Shown piece by piece: positions 10,826-22,937 of a stretch of 64,000 nucleotides of DNA. The notes below the pieces were generated by a model. The model did no database searches. It saw nothing but the letters and a program-made list of their open reading frames with translations, and was not told the origin of the DNA. How positions within the stretch are numbered: the stretch's first letter is position 1; every line of letters starts with the position of its first letter. The DNA comes from a virus (lineage: Duplodnaviria; Caudoviricetes). Both the position numbers and the translations under genes were made by a program. Where the stretch lies: positions 44,150 to 108,149 of the IMG/VR virus record IMGVR_UViG_2854078061_000001. One strand, given 5' to 3'.

Positions 10826-11801
10826 GAAACCGCCTCGTATCAAGGTTCCGCCCTCTTGGAGTGGTGGCAAATGTATGTGTTGCGGAAAAATCTATGACGT
10901 GCGCAAAGGTAATTTCTCAAAAACGAAGAGTCAATGGTTTATTGGTAACGACGGATACCTCCCGTGGTGCAATGAGTGCCGTGAGAAGATGTTTGAGTTT
11001 TATGTTAAGAAGTATAACGATGAAGATGAAGCGATTGACCGTCTGGCTATGATGTTCGATACCTATGTAAATGATAAATTGCTTGACGCATCAGAACATT
11101 CTGTGGCATCTGCTTTAAAAATTAACACCTATATGGGACGGCTTAATATACGTCAGTATGCAGATAAATCTTATGACGATGTGATCGACCAGAAGAAAAA
11201 AGACGCTTTGGCTGCCGGTGATACAAAGGGGACAAAGGTCACTCTGAAGATGAGAAAATTCTGGGGTACTGGTCTGGATGAAAAAGATTATTTATTCCTT
11301 GATGAGCACTATCAAAATCTTATCACTAGACATGAATGTAAGACGGCCGCACAAGAAATTCTGTTCAAACGCATTGCAAAGGCAGAACTTAATTGCGATA
11401 AGGCTGATGCCACTGGCGACACAAAGAAAATAAAAGAAGCAAACGACAACCTGCAGAACCTGATGGGGTCCGCTCAGATCAAACCGAATCAGACGAACGA
11501 TAACGCATTGGCTGAAACGAATACTTTTGGCACGCTGATTCAGAAATAGGAAGAGGAAGAGCCGATTCCAGAACCGTCGCCAGAGTGGCAGGACGTTGAT
11601 GGTATCGGTAAGTATTTTAGAGTGTGGGTGCTGGGTACGTTGCTTAAGATGTTCAACTTGAAGAATCCATATCAAGACGAATTTGACGAAGAGTTTGAAC
11701 GATATACTGCTCATAAACCAGAGACAAATGAGGACGATGACACAGATACTAGCCTCCGCGAAACTATTTTCGGTATTGGCGAAGGCGGTGGTTCCGCATG
11801 A
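10803..11801 (+). CDS. Zinc-finger protein upstream of terminase, putative small terminase (YonG-like; TAG 11547-11549 read through)
   Basis: CMCC...CNEC; GTLIQK*EEEEPIPE; read-through frame ends in ATGA overlap with the terminase start. Confidence 0.75.
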
Positions 11802-13555
11802 GTAAAGAGAAATTAACAGATAAGGAAGTAGCGAATACAAAATCAGAAAAAATAATGAACGCAGTTGCCATGAGGGCATCATTCTATAGAGCGAATCCTC
11901 AGCGGTTTGCAAAAGACTATTTAAACCTGACATTGAAGCCATTCCAAGAGCTACTATTGTTTTTGATGGTGAGATGCACCGGCTTCTGCTTCATTGCTGC
12001 TCGCGGCCTTGGTAAGTCATTTCTAACCGCAGTTTTCTGTGTGATTACATGTATTCTATGGCCTGGTTCCAAGGTTTGTATCGCCTGTAAAGTAAGAAGC
12101 CAATCTATCAGTATTTTGGATGAAAAGATAATGAAGGAGATCTACCCCAACAGTCCCCTTCTACGCTCTGAAATCAAAAAGGTCGATATCAACAATCAGA
12201 AAGCAGAGATTATATTTAAGAACGGCAGCTATATCAAAGTAGTCACTGCCACAGATAGTAGTCGTGGTAGTCGAGCTACACTTCTCATCTGTGATGAATA
12301 TAGATTGCTTTCTAAAGATGTTATAGATTTGATTTTGAAGAAGTTCCTGAATATTGTTCGTCATCCTGGATATTTGGACAAGCCACAATATGCACATCTT
12401 GCAGAGCGAAACAAAGAATTCTACCTAAGTTCCGCTTGGTTCCAAAACCATTGGAGCTATGAAAAATGTCAGGACTACTTTGTAAATATGATCGACTTTA
12501 ATAAGAAATATTTCTGCGTATCCTTCCCGTATCAAATGTCAATCAAGAGCGGCTTGCTGTTGAAAGAAGCTGTAGAGGACGAAATGAGTGAATCAAGTTT
12601 TTCTGATTTGACATTTGCAATGGAGAATGAATGTAAGTGGCTTGGTGCTACTGAGGGTGGGTTATTCCAATTTGATGACATCAACAAAACGCGCGTCATT
12701 GAAAAGGCGTTCTACGCACCGAATCTTTTACTTAATCAAGCTGCTATGGACGTGCCGAAAAAGAAAAATGGCGAAGTACGAATTCTCACCGCCGATATTG
12801 CATTGATGAGCAGTCGCAAAAACGACAACGATGCAACCAGTATCTTCTTGAATTGTATGCTGCCAAATAAATCAGGGCGCTATACTAGCAATTTTGTCTA
12901 TTCAGAGAACATTGAGGGTATGAGTGCGCAAGATCAGGCACTAAAACTGCGACGGTATTTCGATTATTTCAACTGTGATTATATCGGGGTTGACTGTAGA
13001 GGTGTTGGATTGCCTCTGGTTGACCTGTTGATGCGCGATATGTATGACCCAGAAACAGGCGAAACATATCCTGCGATTAGCTGCTGTAACAATCAAGAAA
13101 TCGCATCTCGCTGTTCTGACAAAAATGCCAAAAAGGTCATCTAGGCAATTATGGGCAGCTCTCAGTTTAACAGTGATGTAGCCATTGGATTACGCAGCGG
13201 TTTCCAGCAAGGACGTATCCATCTGCTTCAGAGTGAGTACGGATGTGAAGACCAGTTGCGCAAAATCTATAAAGGCTATGATAAAATGTCGCCTACTGAA
13301 CGAGCCGCACTACAGATGCCATATATCAATACCGGGCTTGCTGTAAACGAACTTGTAAATCTGGGCTACGAAACCGTAAATAACGTTATCAAAGTCAAGG
13401 AGAAATCCGGCTGCCGTAAAGACCGCTACTCTTCCCTGTCTTACAACTATTACATTGCGCAGCAAGTTGAACGAAGCATGGAGAAGAAGAATAAAAAGCC
13501 AACTTCGCTCACGTTTAACTTTAGAGCGCCTGTATTAAAGAAGGGAGGACTGTAA
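11798..13555 (+). CDS. Terminase large subunit (585 aa, TAG 13142-13144 read through)
   Basis: AARGLGKS Walker A, LICDEYR Walker B, nuclease motifs ADIAL / VDCRGVG / RKDRYSS; the last nuclease motif lies downstream of the TAG. Confidence 0.92.
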
Positions 13556-15078
13556 TGGCTGAAGATAAAATGCAGAAAAAGGTCCGCGTAACAAATGCCA
13601 AAGATGGCAAGACCTCTTATGTAACATATCAGGATCTTGTCAATGGCGTTTATGCGAACCTGTCACATATCGGTATCCGTAATCTGGCATCGAATACCGA
13701 CACAAATCCGACATATACAAAATATACGAAAGATCAGATCGTCACCTATCTTGGCAACCCCGCCAACTATGAGAAGCAGCTGCGAAATATGAGTAAATAT
13801 CTATTCAATATTTCAAACTACTATCGCCGACTGATTCAGTATTTTGCGAATATGTCTACATATTCTTACACGATTTCTCCGTATGGACTTGATCGCTCTA
13901 AGACAATTAACGCCAATAAATTTAAGAAGGCGTATTATTCTGCTGTAACAGCAGTTGAGCTGATGAATATCCCGCACGAAGCCACGAAGATACTGACAAT
14001 TGCATTCCGCGATGACGTTTACTATGGCTATGCGTGGGAGACAAATGACAGTTTTGCTTTTCAAAATCTTGATGCAGACTATTGTAAAATAAGCAGCATT
14101 GAGGACGGCGTTTATAACTTTGCTTTTGATTTTTCTTATTTTGATTCCAACAAAGACAAGCTGCCCAACTATCCGCCAGAGTTTGAGACGATGTATAACC
14201 AATATAAGGCTGACTCGCAGAACTACAAGTGGCAGGAGCTGGACAGTTCCAAGTCCATTTGCATCAAAGTAAACGAGCACGATTATATCCCCATTCCCCC
14301 GTTTGTGAGTTTGTTTAGTGCGCTTGCCGATATTGAAGACTACCGTGCCATCAGTAAAAACGCAAGTGAGACCAATAACTATAAGGCGCTGGCAATGGAG
14401 ATCCCAGTGAATGATACTGACGGCTCTTTCCTGATCGACTATGATACAGCAAAAGAGTTCTATGACATGATGAGTAATGTACTGCCGTCGAATATTGGCG
14501 CAATTCTTACTCCCATGAAAATCAGCAGCTAGAACTTTGAAAAGAGCGGCGTGAACAGTGACTCTAAAGAGGTCGCAAATGCTGAGGCCGCATTCTTTAC
14601 AAGCGCTGGCGTGAATAAAAATCTGTTCGGCGGTGGCGAAGATCCTTCTGCTACTACCCTGCAGCTGTGTACTGTGAATGACCAGGAGATCGTGTTTGCA
14701 GTGATGCGACAGTTGGAACGCTGGATCAATCGCAAGCTGAAGAGCGTTTCCAGTTCTTATAGGTTCCGCCTAAACTTTCTACCAGTTACTCATTATAACG
14801 TGACTGAGATGCATGAAAGATATCTCAAGGATGCCACCTATGGTATGCCGACTCGAACCGCAGCTCTTGCAACTACTGGTTATGCGGGTAGCGATTATGA
14901 GAACATGACTTATCTTGAAAATGAAATCTTGAGACTTAGTGCTGGTGAAACACCGCTCAAGAGCTCCAATACTCAGTCCGGTTCCGCCGGGGATGAAGGT
15001 GGCCGCCCAACAAATGCAAGTAAGGGCGAGGGCCTGTCTGATGCTGGCAATGTAAGCGCCGATAGACAGGAGGCATAA
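13555..15078 (+). CDS. Portal protein (507 aa, TAG 14530-14532 read through)
   Basis: Position after terminase; size; C-terminal SSNTQSG...GGRP motif typical of SPbeta-like portals. Confidence 0.85.
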
Positions 15079-15079
15079 G

Positions 15080-15295
15080 ATGAGTCAGGAGATTTATGAA
15101 GTTATCGTACACGGAGCACACTCCGCCGGGATGGCAAAGTTCCTGACCGACCGTGGCGCTCTGATGCTACGAATAGACCCAACAAACAAGTATGTTTTTG
15201 TATACGATTCTGTGTTTGAAAATGCTCTGGCTGAGTTGCAGGTTGCGATTCGCCAGGGCTTTTATTTTGCTGACGAGGAGGTGAAAACAGAATGA
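15080..15295 (+). CDS. Hypothetical protein
   Basis: GGAGG RBS; ATGA overlap with next gene. Confidence 0.7.
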   Translation: MSQEIYEVIVHGAHSAGMAKFLTDRGALMLRIDPTNKYVFVYDSVFENALAELQVAIRQGFYFADEEVKTE

Positions 15296-16935
15296 ATCAA
15301 CGATATCCGGTTTCTTTTATTAAGAAGGGCGAATACGAATCTTCTGATTTTCGCTTCATTGATGTCAGCATTGATGTAATGCACACTGGAGCAAACCTCA
15401 ATAAGACAAGTTTCACAAAAGACGCGATCAACAAAGCAGTACCGACAATCCGTAATACGCCGATCCTGGGCTACGTTGTAGATGAACTTGACGAGGAAGA
15501 CAAGGACTTTAAAGGACATGAACATGAACTGCGGATCACCGACAAAGACGTGAAGTACGTCTATGCTGGTCAAGCTTATGGTGTTATCCCTGAATCTTGT
15601 AATCCTCGCTGGATCGTTAAGGATGACGGCACCGGTATTGAACGGGAGTATTTGCGTGTTGATGGTTTGATTTGGACAAAATTTAGCGATCCTGTAGATA
15701 TTTTTACCCGCGATGGTACGAAGAATCACAGTGTTGAGCTGACCGATATGGCTTGTGGCCCCGCAGATAAGAACGGCAACGTTCCTGTGGGGTCTTTTAA
15801 ATTTGACGGTTGCTGCATTCTGTCTACGACTGATCCGAGTATCAAGCCCGCTATGACAGGCAGCTGCGTTACTGCCAATTTTTCTGTTGAAGATATTACT
15901 GCTCAGATCCGCGATCGGCTCTATGAGTATCAAGCAATTCAGCAGAACTATACTGCGCAAAATGATAATCCATCCGATGAGGAGAAAGGAGATACAACGC
16001 CAATGAATGAAAATGAAATTAAGACTCCTGGCGTCGAGGAGAATCAGGTTCCTGCTGAGAACACGGTAGCCCCTACCGAACCAGCCGGGAATGAGGCTAC
16101 TCCTCCCAATGAAAACACTGTGACTGAGCCTGCAGCGGCCCCCGCTGAGGAGAATGCCGCACCTACTACGGAACCCGAGCCTGCTCCTGCCGAGCCCGCC
16201 GGAACTGAGAATACTGCTCCTACCGAGAATGAGCCCGCTGCTGGTGCTGAGTTTACTCTAAGCGCCAATCAGCTTCGAGACGAAATTTATAATGCGTTGC
16301 TAAAAGTTCAGGTTCCTTCTCGATGGGATTCTGACTGTATGATTCCTAAGTATTGGCTCACCGATATTCTGGACAGCGAGGTAATTGTGACCGATTCTGG
16401 CACGTATCAGCTAATGGGTATTCCCTACTCTATGAATGGCGACAATGTTGTTCTGGATTACGCGAATATTAAGCGTAAGAAAGTCACTTATGAGGATTGG
16501 GACGAGGGCGACGTGATGCCTGGCCTAATCACTATGTTCTCTACTTTGACTGATAAGCTTGTTGAACTGTCTGATAGCTTTACTAAGGCAGCCAATGAAG
16601 TTAGCGAAATCAAACCCAAGCTGGAGGCTTACCAGAAGGCTGAGGAAGATGCAGTCGTCGCAGCAGAAAAAGCTAAGCGTGATGAGCTGTTTTCTGTTAT
16701 GGACGAGAAGCTTGGTGCAGATGCTGAGTATATCGCATTGAAGGAGAACAAGGAGATCAGCTACTCCGATCTGGAGACCAAGTGCTATGCGCTGGTTGGC
16801 CGCAAGAGTGCCGAGTTTTCTTATGTTCCCAATAAAAACAACAAAGGAACTGTCCGCTTTGGCGTGGGTGGCACCCAGAACGGTTCAGATGTCGCGTATG
16901 GTGGTCTGATCGAACACTATCTCGGCAATAAGTAA
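15292..16935 (+). CDS. Prohead protease/scaffold (YonD-like)
   Basis: MHTGANLN, PILGY, SVE, CILS...PAM protease-like N-domain; P/A/E/T-rich linker; coiled-coil C-terminus. Confidence 0.8.
   Translation: MNQRYPVSFIKKGEYESSDFRFIDVSIDVMHTGANLNKTSFTKDAINKAVPTIRNTPILGYVVDELDEEDKDFKGHEHELRITDKDVKYVYAGQAYGVIPESCNPRWIVKDDGTGIEREYLRVDGLIWTKFSDPVDIFTRDGTKNHSVELTDMACGPADKNGNVPVGSFKFDGCCILSTTDPSIKPAMTGSCVTANFSVEDITAQIRDRLYEYQAIQQNYTAQNDNPSDEEKGDTTPMNENEIKTPGVEENQVPAENTVAPTEPAGNEATPPNENTVTEPAAAPAEENAAPTTEPEPAPAEPAGTENTAPTENEPAAGAEFTLSANQLRDEIYNALLKVQVPSRWDSDCMIPKYWLTDILDSEVIVTDSGTYQLMGIPYSMNGDNVVLDYANIKRKKVTYEDWDEGDVMPGLITMFSTLTDKLVELSDSFTKAANEVSEIKPKLEAYQKAEEDAVVAAEKAKRDELFSVMDEKLGADAEYIALKENKEISYSDLETKCYALVGRKSAEFSYVPNKNNKGTVRFGVGGTQNGSDVAYGGLIEHYLGNK
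16040..16250 (+). repeat. Degenerate tandem Pro/Ala/Glu/Thr/Asn repeats (ENT-x-AP-TE-P) in the scaffold linker
   Basis: PAENTVAPTEP / EENAAPTTEP / TENTAPTENEP. Confidence 0.7.
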
Positions 16936-16963
16936 TTTACCAAAAATTAGGAGGTACATAATT

Positions 16964-17476
16964 ATGGCTAATAATAAGCATGCTGTTGTGCGCATTGACA
17001 AGCTGGGTGGCACCCTGGATGGTGCTCAGCTGGAGAGTGCTATTTTCTACAAGGATTCCGATGCCGCTGAGATCGATAACGCTCAGCTGGTTGTTCTGGG
17101 CGAAAAGCTGGGTCGCGAGGTCTACAAGGCTACCGCTCCCACCGCAACTTCCACCGTTGCTGACCTGTATCTGACCGCTGGCGTCGAGCTGTTCTATGAT
17201 CAGACCGTGGCACATTATCTGCCCGAGTGGGTCAATGAGGCTGGCAAGCCCGTGCGCGTTTACGCTCTGAATGTTTCTAAGGGTGGCTTCTCTGCTACTG
17301 CCGAGGCATTTAACGGCACCCCTGCAAAGGGCAAGTATGTCGGTTTTGCTGCCGATGACACCAAGATCCAGATTCAGGAGACTGCTGATGACAAGACCTT
17401 TGGCTGCATCGACTTTGTTGAGACTGTTGGTTTTGGCGATGGTCGCTATACCTACTACATGATCACCCTGAAGTGA
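16964..17476 (+). CDS. Capsid decoration/cement protein (YonC-like)
   Basis: Directly before the major capsid gene; strong codon bias. Confidence 0.7.
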   Translation: MANNKHAVVRIDKLGGTLDGAQLESAIFYKDSDAAEIDNAQLVVLGEKLGREVYKATAPTATSTVADLYLTAGVELFYDQTVAHYLPEWVNEAGKPVRVYALNVSKGGFSATAEAFNGTPAKGKYVGFAADDTKIQIQETADDKTFGCIDFVETVGFGDGRYTYYMITLK

Positions 17477-17504
17477 TTCCGAAGTTTTAAGAAATCAACA
17501 TAAA

Positions 17505-17534
17505 GCCGTCCGTTTAAAGCGGGCGGCCATTTTT
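17505..17534 (+). terminator. Hairpin/terminator
   Basis: GCCGTCCG-loop-CGGGCGGC then T run. Confidence 0.6.
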
Positions 17535-17553
17535 ATTATAGGAGGTTTATACC

Positions 17554-18549
17554 ATGGCTATTGATTCTAATCTGGTCAAGCTGGCTCTCGATGGCTACAA
17601 GGGCCACGTTGCTGGTGATTATTCTGTGAACGACACCCAGGAGGCTCTGCGCAAGGCTCTGGTTGAGGCAAATGGCGGTTCCACCAAGCTGGACATTAAG
17701 GCTCTGCGTGATGGCAGCTGCTCCAAGGTGTTCGCTATTGTTGAGGAGCTGGTCAATGTTATTTCTGAGGAAGGTCTGAAGGGCGACGAGTTCTTTATGA
17801 ACATGGTCGAGGACCGCAACCTGGCTCTGGGCGACACTCCCAAGTTCCACATCGAGCGCGAGTGCCTGTTTGCTGTTGCCGATATCGCCGAGGGTACTCA
17901 GGGCGTGCGCCGTCAGCGTCTGGAAGCTGGTACTGACATCACCGTCAATACTCAGCTGCACGCTATTAAGATCTACGAGGAGCTGAACCGTGTTCTGGCT
18001 GGCCGTATCGACTTTAACAAGTTTGTTGATATCGTTTCCAAGTCCTTCACCAAGGATGAGCTGGATTCTGCATATGCTGCATTCGTTGGCATGTTCAGCA
18101 AGCTGAATGCTCCCTACATTGAGACCGGCTCTTTTGACGAGGACAAGCTGCTGGACCTGATCGAGCATGTTGAGGCTTCTACTGGCGAGACCGCTGTGAT
18201 TGTTGGCACCCGTAAGGCTCTGCGTCAGATCAAGACCGCCGTTGTGTCTGATTCCGCCAAGGAAGATATGTACGCAATGGGTCACTTTGGCCGCTTCAAT
18301 GGTACTGAGCTGATTGCTGTGAAGCAGCGTCACGCTACCGGTACCACCGATTTCATCCTGGATGACAAGACCCTGTACGTTTTTGCTGGCGACACCAAGC
18401 CCATTAAGCGCGTTACCGAGGGTGATGTCACTATGCTGATGGGCACCCCGATGAACAACGCCGATATGAGCCAGGAGTTCCTGATGATGAAGCGCACTGG
18501 CATTGCCATTGTGTTTGATCGTGACTTCGGCGCATACAAGATGGCCTAA
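17554..18549 (+). CDS. Major capsid protein
   Basis: 331 aa, strongest codon bias, position, VEDRNLALGD motif typical of YonB-like capsids. Confidence 0.88.
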   Translation: MAIDSNLVKLALDGYKGHVAGDYSVNDTQEALRKALVEANGGSTKLDIKALRDGSCSKVFAIVEELVNVISEEGLKGDEFFMNMVEDRNLALGDTPKFHIERECLFAVADIAEGTQGVRRQRLEAGTDITVNTQLHAIKIYEELNRVLAGRIDFNKFVDIVSKSFTKDELDSAYAAFVGMFSKLNAPYIETGSFDEDKLLDLIEHVEASTGETAVIVGTRKALRQIKTAVVSDSAKEDMYAMGHFGRFNGTELIAVKQRHATGTTDFILDDKTLYVFAGDTKPIKRVTEGDVTMLMGTPMNNADMSQEFLMMKRTGIAIVFDRDFGAYKMA

Positions 18550-18568
18550 TCGATAATTTGAGTTGAAT

Positions 18569-18600
18569 GGCGGTGGGGCAACAGCCCTGCCGCTTCTTTT
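18569..18600 (+). terminator. Intrinsic terminator after capsid gene
   Basis: GCGGTGGGGC-loop-GCCCTGCCGC then TTCTTTT. Confidence 0.7.
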
Positions 18601-18618
18601 ATTAAATAGGAGGAACGA

Positions 18619-19134
18619 ATGGCAAGACGTACAACTAAGACTACCGCCGCGAAAGCCGCTGCTCCCGTGGTGACTGAGCCTGTAGTCGAAATTACAAATG
18701 AGACCATGGTGGAGTGCCGCAATGGCACAGCTGGTAATCTGATTTATAAATCCACCTTGAATCCCGGCTATACCGTTGAGTGGGAGGCTTTTGGCGATGT
18801 TCAGGAAATGGAGTATCGCGAGCTGGTTTCTATGCGCGGTAATCAGCGCCGGTTCTTTGAGGAAAATTGGATTTTGATCGATGATCCCGCCATTATCAAG
18901 AAGCTTGGCGTTGAGCGCTATTACAAAAATAGTCTGACCACCGACAACTTCAATGACGTGTTTACAATGCCCGCCGATGAGATTAAGAAGATCGTCCCGA
19001 CACTGCCGGGCGGCACCAAGGATGCGATTGCATCTGAGGCTAAGAAAAAGATCGAAACCGGTGAGCTGGACAGCCGCAGTGCGATTAAGGCGCTGGAGGA
19101 CTCCCTGTCTGTTGAGTTGGAAGACACAATTTGA
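18619..19134 (+). CDS. Head-associated hypothetical protein (YonA-like)
   Basis: Position; AGGAGG RBS. Confidence 0.7.
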   Translation: MARRTTKTTAAKAAAPVVTEPVVEITNETMVECRNGTAGNLIYKSTLNPGYTVEWEAFGDVQEMEYRELVSMRGNQRRFFEENWILIDDPAIIKKLGVERYYKNSLTTDNFNDVFTMPADEIKKIVPTLPGGTKDAIASEAKKKIETGELDSRSAIKALEDSLSVELEDTI

Positions 19135-19151
19135 TGTAAAGGAGGCGGGTC

Positions 19152-19586
19152 ATGGCAACCACTTTTGAAAGTATCTATGCCCGCTGTCGTGGGCGCATTC
19201 GAGATTATGATAAGGAAGGATATACTGACGAGATGTTTGCAGATGCAGAGAGCGACCTGCTTCAGGCCGCCATTGATGATTTTGCTGACATTTGCGTGCA
19301 AGACCTGACTGACTATGATGATGAGTTGCAGCAGTTCAATGTTACTCTGACCCGCAAGGAACAGAGTATTCTGGCGTTGAGCATGATTGTACATTGGCTT
19401 GAGCCGTATGTTTACAACTCTGACGCTTTGAAGAACGCTATGAGCACTAAGGACTTTTCTTTCTTCTCCCCTGCTAAGCTACTTGAGCAGATGAAAGACC
19501 TTTTGACGCAGTCGCAGCGTAAATTGACTGCTGAGATGAACTTGTATTCCTTTAAGTCAAACAGTGTTTCTGAATGGACACAGTAA
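19152..19586 (+). CDS. Head-tail adaptor
   Basis: MATTFESIY start; LTRKEQSILA; DFSFFSPA; position. Confidence 0.7.
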   Translation: MATTFESIYARCRGRIRDYDKEGYTDEMFADAESDLLQAAIDDFADICVQDLTDYDDELQQFNVTLTRKEQSILALSMIVHWLEPYVYNSDALKNAMSTKDFSFFSPAKLLEQMKDLLTQSQRKLTAEMNLYSFKSNSVSEWTQ

Positions 19587-19597
19587 GGCGGTGGGAT

Positions 19598-20614
19598 ATG
19601 ACAAGATCTCAATATAGAGCCATGCTGAAACAGGATGGAGAGACGCAGCGCGACAGGGTGGTCAATAAGGCACTCCATGATACGCGCTTTTTAGCGCCAG
19701 TCAATCCTTCTTATAAAGAAGTAACGATAGATGACGTACCCCGCTGGGTAAATATTATATCATCTACTGTTACAAACCAGAAAATATTCCGCACAAGACC
19801 TGGTGAGGATTTTGAGATCGGCAGCATTATGTACTGGGGTAAGAGCCACTGGCTGATTACAGAACGTGATGCAGACGATGAGATTACCGTGCGCGGCCGC
19901 ATTCAGATCTGCCAGAAACAAATCGTGTGGCAGGATGACCAGACAAAAAAGATCGTATCTCTATGGGCAACTGTGGAAAAGCCGTATTACTCCAACCTGA
20001 GTGAGAATAAGGTAATGAGTTATTCAACCCGTGAATTCCGCATTCAAACCCCGTTCGACGAGTATTCTGCCCGTCTGAACATTGGAAAACGGCTGATGTT
20101 GGAGATCGTCAATGGAGAACCAAAGACCTATCGAATCACGTCGATTGACCAGATGACTGGCCGAATTGACTATGATAATGACCAGATCGGGTTCCTTTCG
20201 TTTAACGTTGAACAGGATCTTTACAACGCAGAAACAGACAATGTAGAGAAAATGATCTGCAATTATGTGCCGGAAGATGCTTCCGATAACGTGGAAATCA
20301 CCTATCCTGACGACAACACAGTAGACGACAGAGTGCTTTCGATAGAGTTTACGGGCGAACCGTCCATCCCAACGGGCGGATTTGGCAAGCTGTTTACTGC
20401 AAAAATCGATGGCGAAGTGTACGACGGCGCAGAATAGACGCTTACCGGCGATTGTACTCCTGCTGGAGTATGTTTCAAAGGCGGTAATACGACTACGACA
20501 GGTGCAAAGTGTAAGATCACTTGTGTGGATGATTCTAAGCTGATTGGACAAGTCGTGGTACTGACGGTTAAAGCAGCCGGCCTTACCGAAAAGATCGAAT
20601 TGGAGGTGATCTGA
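19598..20614 (+). CDS. Head closure protein with C-terminal Ig-like domain (338 aa, TAG 20435-20437 read through)
   Basis: Read-through ends 1 nt before the next ATG and contains its RBS; DGAE*TLT fits an Ig-fold W strand. Confidence 0.75.
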
Positions 20615-20615
20615 T

Positions 20616-21113
20616 ATGAATCTCGATGAGATCGGGGTATTCAAAAATCGGGTCGTTTCCAAGTTGATCAATGACGAAAATGTCCTTGATGTCCTATTGG
20701 GCAATACAGATAATATCGACGATCCCGAAACTCTTCTGCTTGGTAAGAATGGGTCGGGTGAAGGTGGATGCGTGTTTAAGTATGAGTATGTTCCAGATAC
20801 GCAGGAAAACTCAAAAACGTTTTTGTGTGTTGAGGTCGTGCCAGAACAAACCAGCGGTGATTCTATTACGATGATGACCATTTACGTATTTGCATATTGC
20901 AGTAAAAACCTTATGCAGACATATCATCGGAAAGGACAGGCTGGGACACGCATTGATATTTTGGCCAGTGATATTGATAAGCTTCTGAATGGAAACAAAG
21001 AATTTGGAATTGGACCGCTTGAATAGGCTGGAAGCAGCATCTATAAGCCAGCGCAGTGCTATTACGGACGAATGCTTGTTTATCAGGTCGGCTCTTTTAG
21101 GAGGGCTCGCTGA
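20616..21113 (+). CDS. Tail completion/terminator-like protein (165 aa, TAG 21024-21026 read through)
   Basis: RIDIL...FGIG motif; read-through frame ends in TGATG overlap with next gene. Confidence 0.75.
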
Positions 21114-21913
21114 TGAGAAAAATTTCGTACCTTGATCATCTAAGTCCATATGGTGTGCAGCTAAAAGACGTTGGGCGAATCCACTCCCCTTTTCTGAAAG
21201 ATATTTTGAAGATTGGCTATACCCAGTATCAATACGCACTGACCTTATTTTTATATACCCCAGAAAAATACTACCATGATGCGGCAACTATGATGAAGAT
21301 GCCAGATATCTGGGAGCAAATGACAAGTGAGCAAAAAGCAAATATTGCAATGTTCGATATTCTTACATCGACAGATGAATCCAGGGCTGAACTAATTTCG
21401 GCTCTGGGTCTTTTTGTTTCTGGGAAATTGGAGTGGGACGAGCAGCATCGAGCAATTTTTATCGACAAAGAAAATAGCGGTAAAAAAGGATTTTCTATCG
21501 GTGGTTATATCGACAGAAACAACTATTCGACCGTAACAAAGCTTTGCCTGCAGATGGTTGATATCGACGAAAGTGACATCCCGGAAGAAGCTCCAAAATT
21601 CAAGACTGAAAAAGATCGCTTGTTTTATGAGAAGTTCCAAAAGAAGAAGAAAAAGTTCAAACAAACAAAAAAGGCAGACCCGAATTTCGAGCTGCCGAAC
21701 ATGATTTCTCTCTTATGCACTTTTCATCCAAGTTTGAATTATTCAAACATCTTTGAGCTGACAGTTGGACAGATACGAGATACGTTCTCCCAACTATTAC
21801 GCGCAAAACAACTAAATATCGCTGAAATGAATTACTCCGTTTGGGGCGGTAAATATGACCCCTCGAAATGGATAGAGCGAATTGACAAAGAAAACGAAAC
21901 TATAGGAGGATAA
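21113..21913 (+). CDS. Tail assembly protein (YomV-like)
   Basis: Position before the major tail gene. Confidence 0.65.
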   Translation: MRKISYLDHLSPYGVQLKDVGRIHSPFLKDILKIGYTQYQYALTLFLYTPEKYYHDAATMMKMPDIWEQMTSEQKANIAMFDILTSTDESRAELISALGLFVSGKLEWDEQHRAIFIDKENSGKKGFSIGGYIDRNNYSTVTKLCLQMVDIDESDIPEEAPKFKTEKDRLFYEKFQKKKKKFKQTKKADPNFELPNMISLLCTFHPSLNYSNIFELTVGQIRDTFSQLLRAKQLNIAEMNYSVWGGKYDPSKWIERIDKENETIGG

Positions 21914-21918
21914 CAATT

Positions 21919-22656
21919 ATGGCTAACAAGAATGCAAATTTCGCCAACCGCGAGGTCGCCGATCTGATGCTGGTCGACTACTCCACCAAGAAGCTGTTCC
22001 TGAATGTTGACTGGGCTAACGTCACTTCTACCTCTTTTGAGGGTGACCGCGTGTTCGCAACCGGCGGCCAGGGCGCACCTAACCGCGTGCAGTTTGACGG
22101 CTCTCGTACCGGCACTCTGACCATCGAGGCACAGGTTTACCCCGTCAAGGTCTTCCAGATGCTGTCTGGCAACGACCTGGGCACCACCGCAAACTTCCTG
22201 AAGCGCGAGAAGGTCACCTGCACCGAGGCTGGTAAGCTGACCATTTCTACTGCTGCTGGCACCACCGCCATTCAGGTCTTTAAGGCTGATGACGATCTAG
22301 GCACCGAGGTCACCGCTACTGTTACTGAGGGCGGCACTGAGGTTACCGTTGCTGAAGCAACTGAGAATACTGCTTACATTGTTTATTACTACGCAAAGCA
22401 GGCAGCCGCTCAGGTTGTGCACCTGGATAGCCGTCACTTCCCCAAGGCTTATCGTGTCGAGGGTTCCATTCCCTACAAGACCGAGAGCGACGACATCATC
22501 GAGGCACATCCCATCTGGTACAAGGCTGCTCCTCAGGCCGGCTTCGAGCTGTCTTGGCAGAACACTGGCGACCCCGTTTCTCTGACCATGACCTTCGACG
22601 TTCTGGCCGACGAGAATGGCGACATGTTCTCTCTCATCTTCCCTAACGAGGGCTGA
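21919..22656 (+). CDS. Major tail tube protein
   Basis: Strong codon bias; ANREVADL, GGQGAP, GDPVSLTMTFDVL. Confidence 0.85.
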   Translation: MANKNANFANREVADLMLVDYSTKKLFLNVDWANVTSTSFEGDRVFATGGQGAPNRVQFDGSRTGTLTIEAQVYPVKVFQMLSGNDLGTTANFLKREKVTCTEAGKLTISTAAGTTAIQVFKADDDLGTEVTATVTEGGTEVTVAEATENTAYIVYYYAKQAAAQVVHLDSRHFPKAYRVEGSIPYKTESDDIIEAHPIWYKAAPQAGFELSWQNTGDPVSLTMTFDVLADENGDMFSLIFPNEG

Positions 22657-22674
22657 TACATAGCATTTACACGA

Positions 22675-22704
22675 GGCAGAGTCTTTCGGGGCTCTGCCCC
22701 TTTT
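22675..22704 (+). terminator. Intrinsic terminator after tail tube gene
   Basis: GGCAGAGTC-TTCG-type loop-GGCTCTGCC then TTTT. Confidence 0.75.
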
Positions 22705-22835
22705 ATGAGCGCACAATTATTGCAATTGCGCGTTGATATGAGGAAACTCACAAATAAGAAGAACACCCACGTGGCGACTTTCCGCTCTCTAATTTGCATA
22801 GGAGCTTCAGTGAATAATCGGATAATTGGCCCCGC

Positions 22836-22937
22836 TTATGCCCGGGGCTGGCTTACTTCCATAACAAACTTGGCGATAGTCACCAAAGCAGCTACGAATT
22901 GAACGAACTTAGACATGGTGTCGAAGTCAATCATCAT
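22836..22937 (-). CDS. 33-aa hydrophobic peptide, type I toxin-like
   Basis: AAAGGAGG RBS (22943-22950); MMIDFDTMSKFVQFVAALVTIAKFVMEVSQPRA; antisense to the late operon. Confidence 0.65.
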   Translation of the reverse strand: MMIDFDTMSKFVQFVAALVTIAKFVMEVSQPRA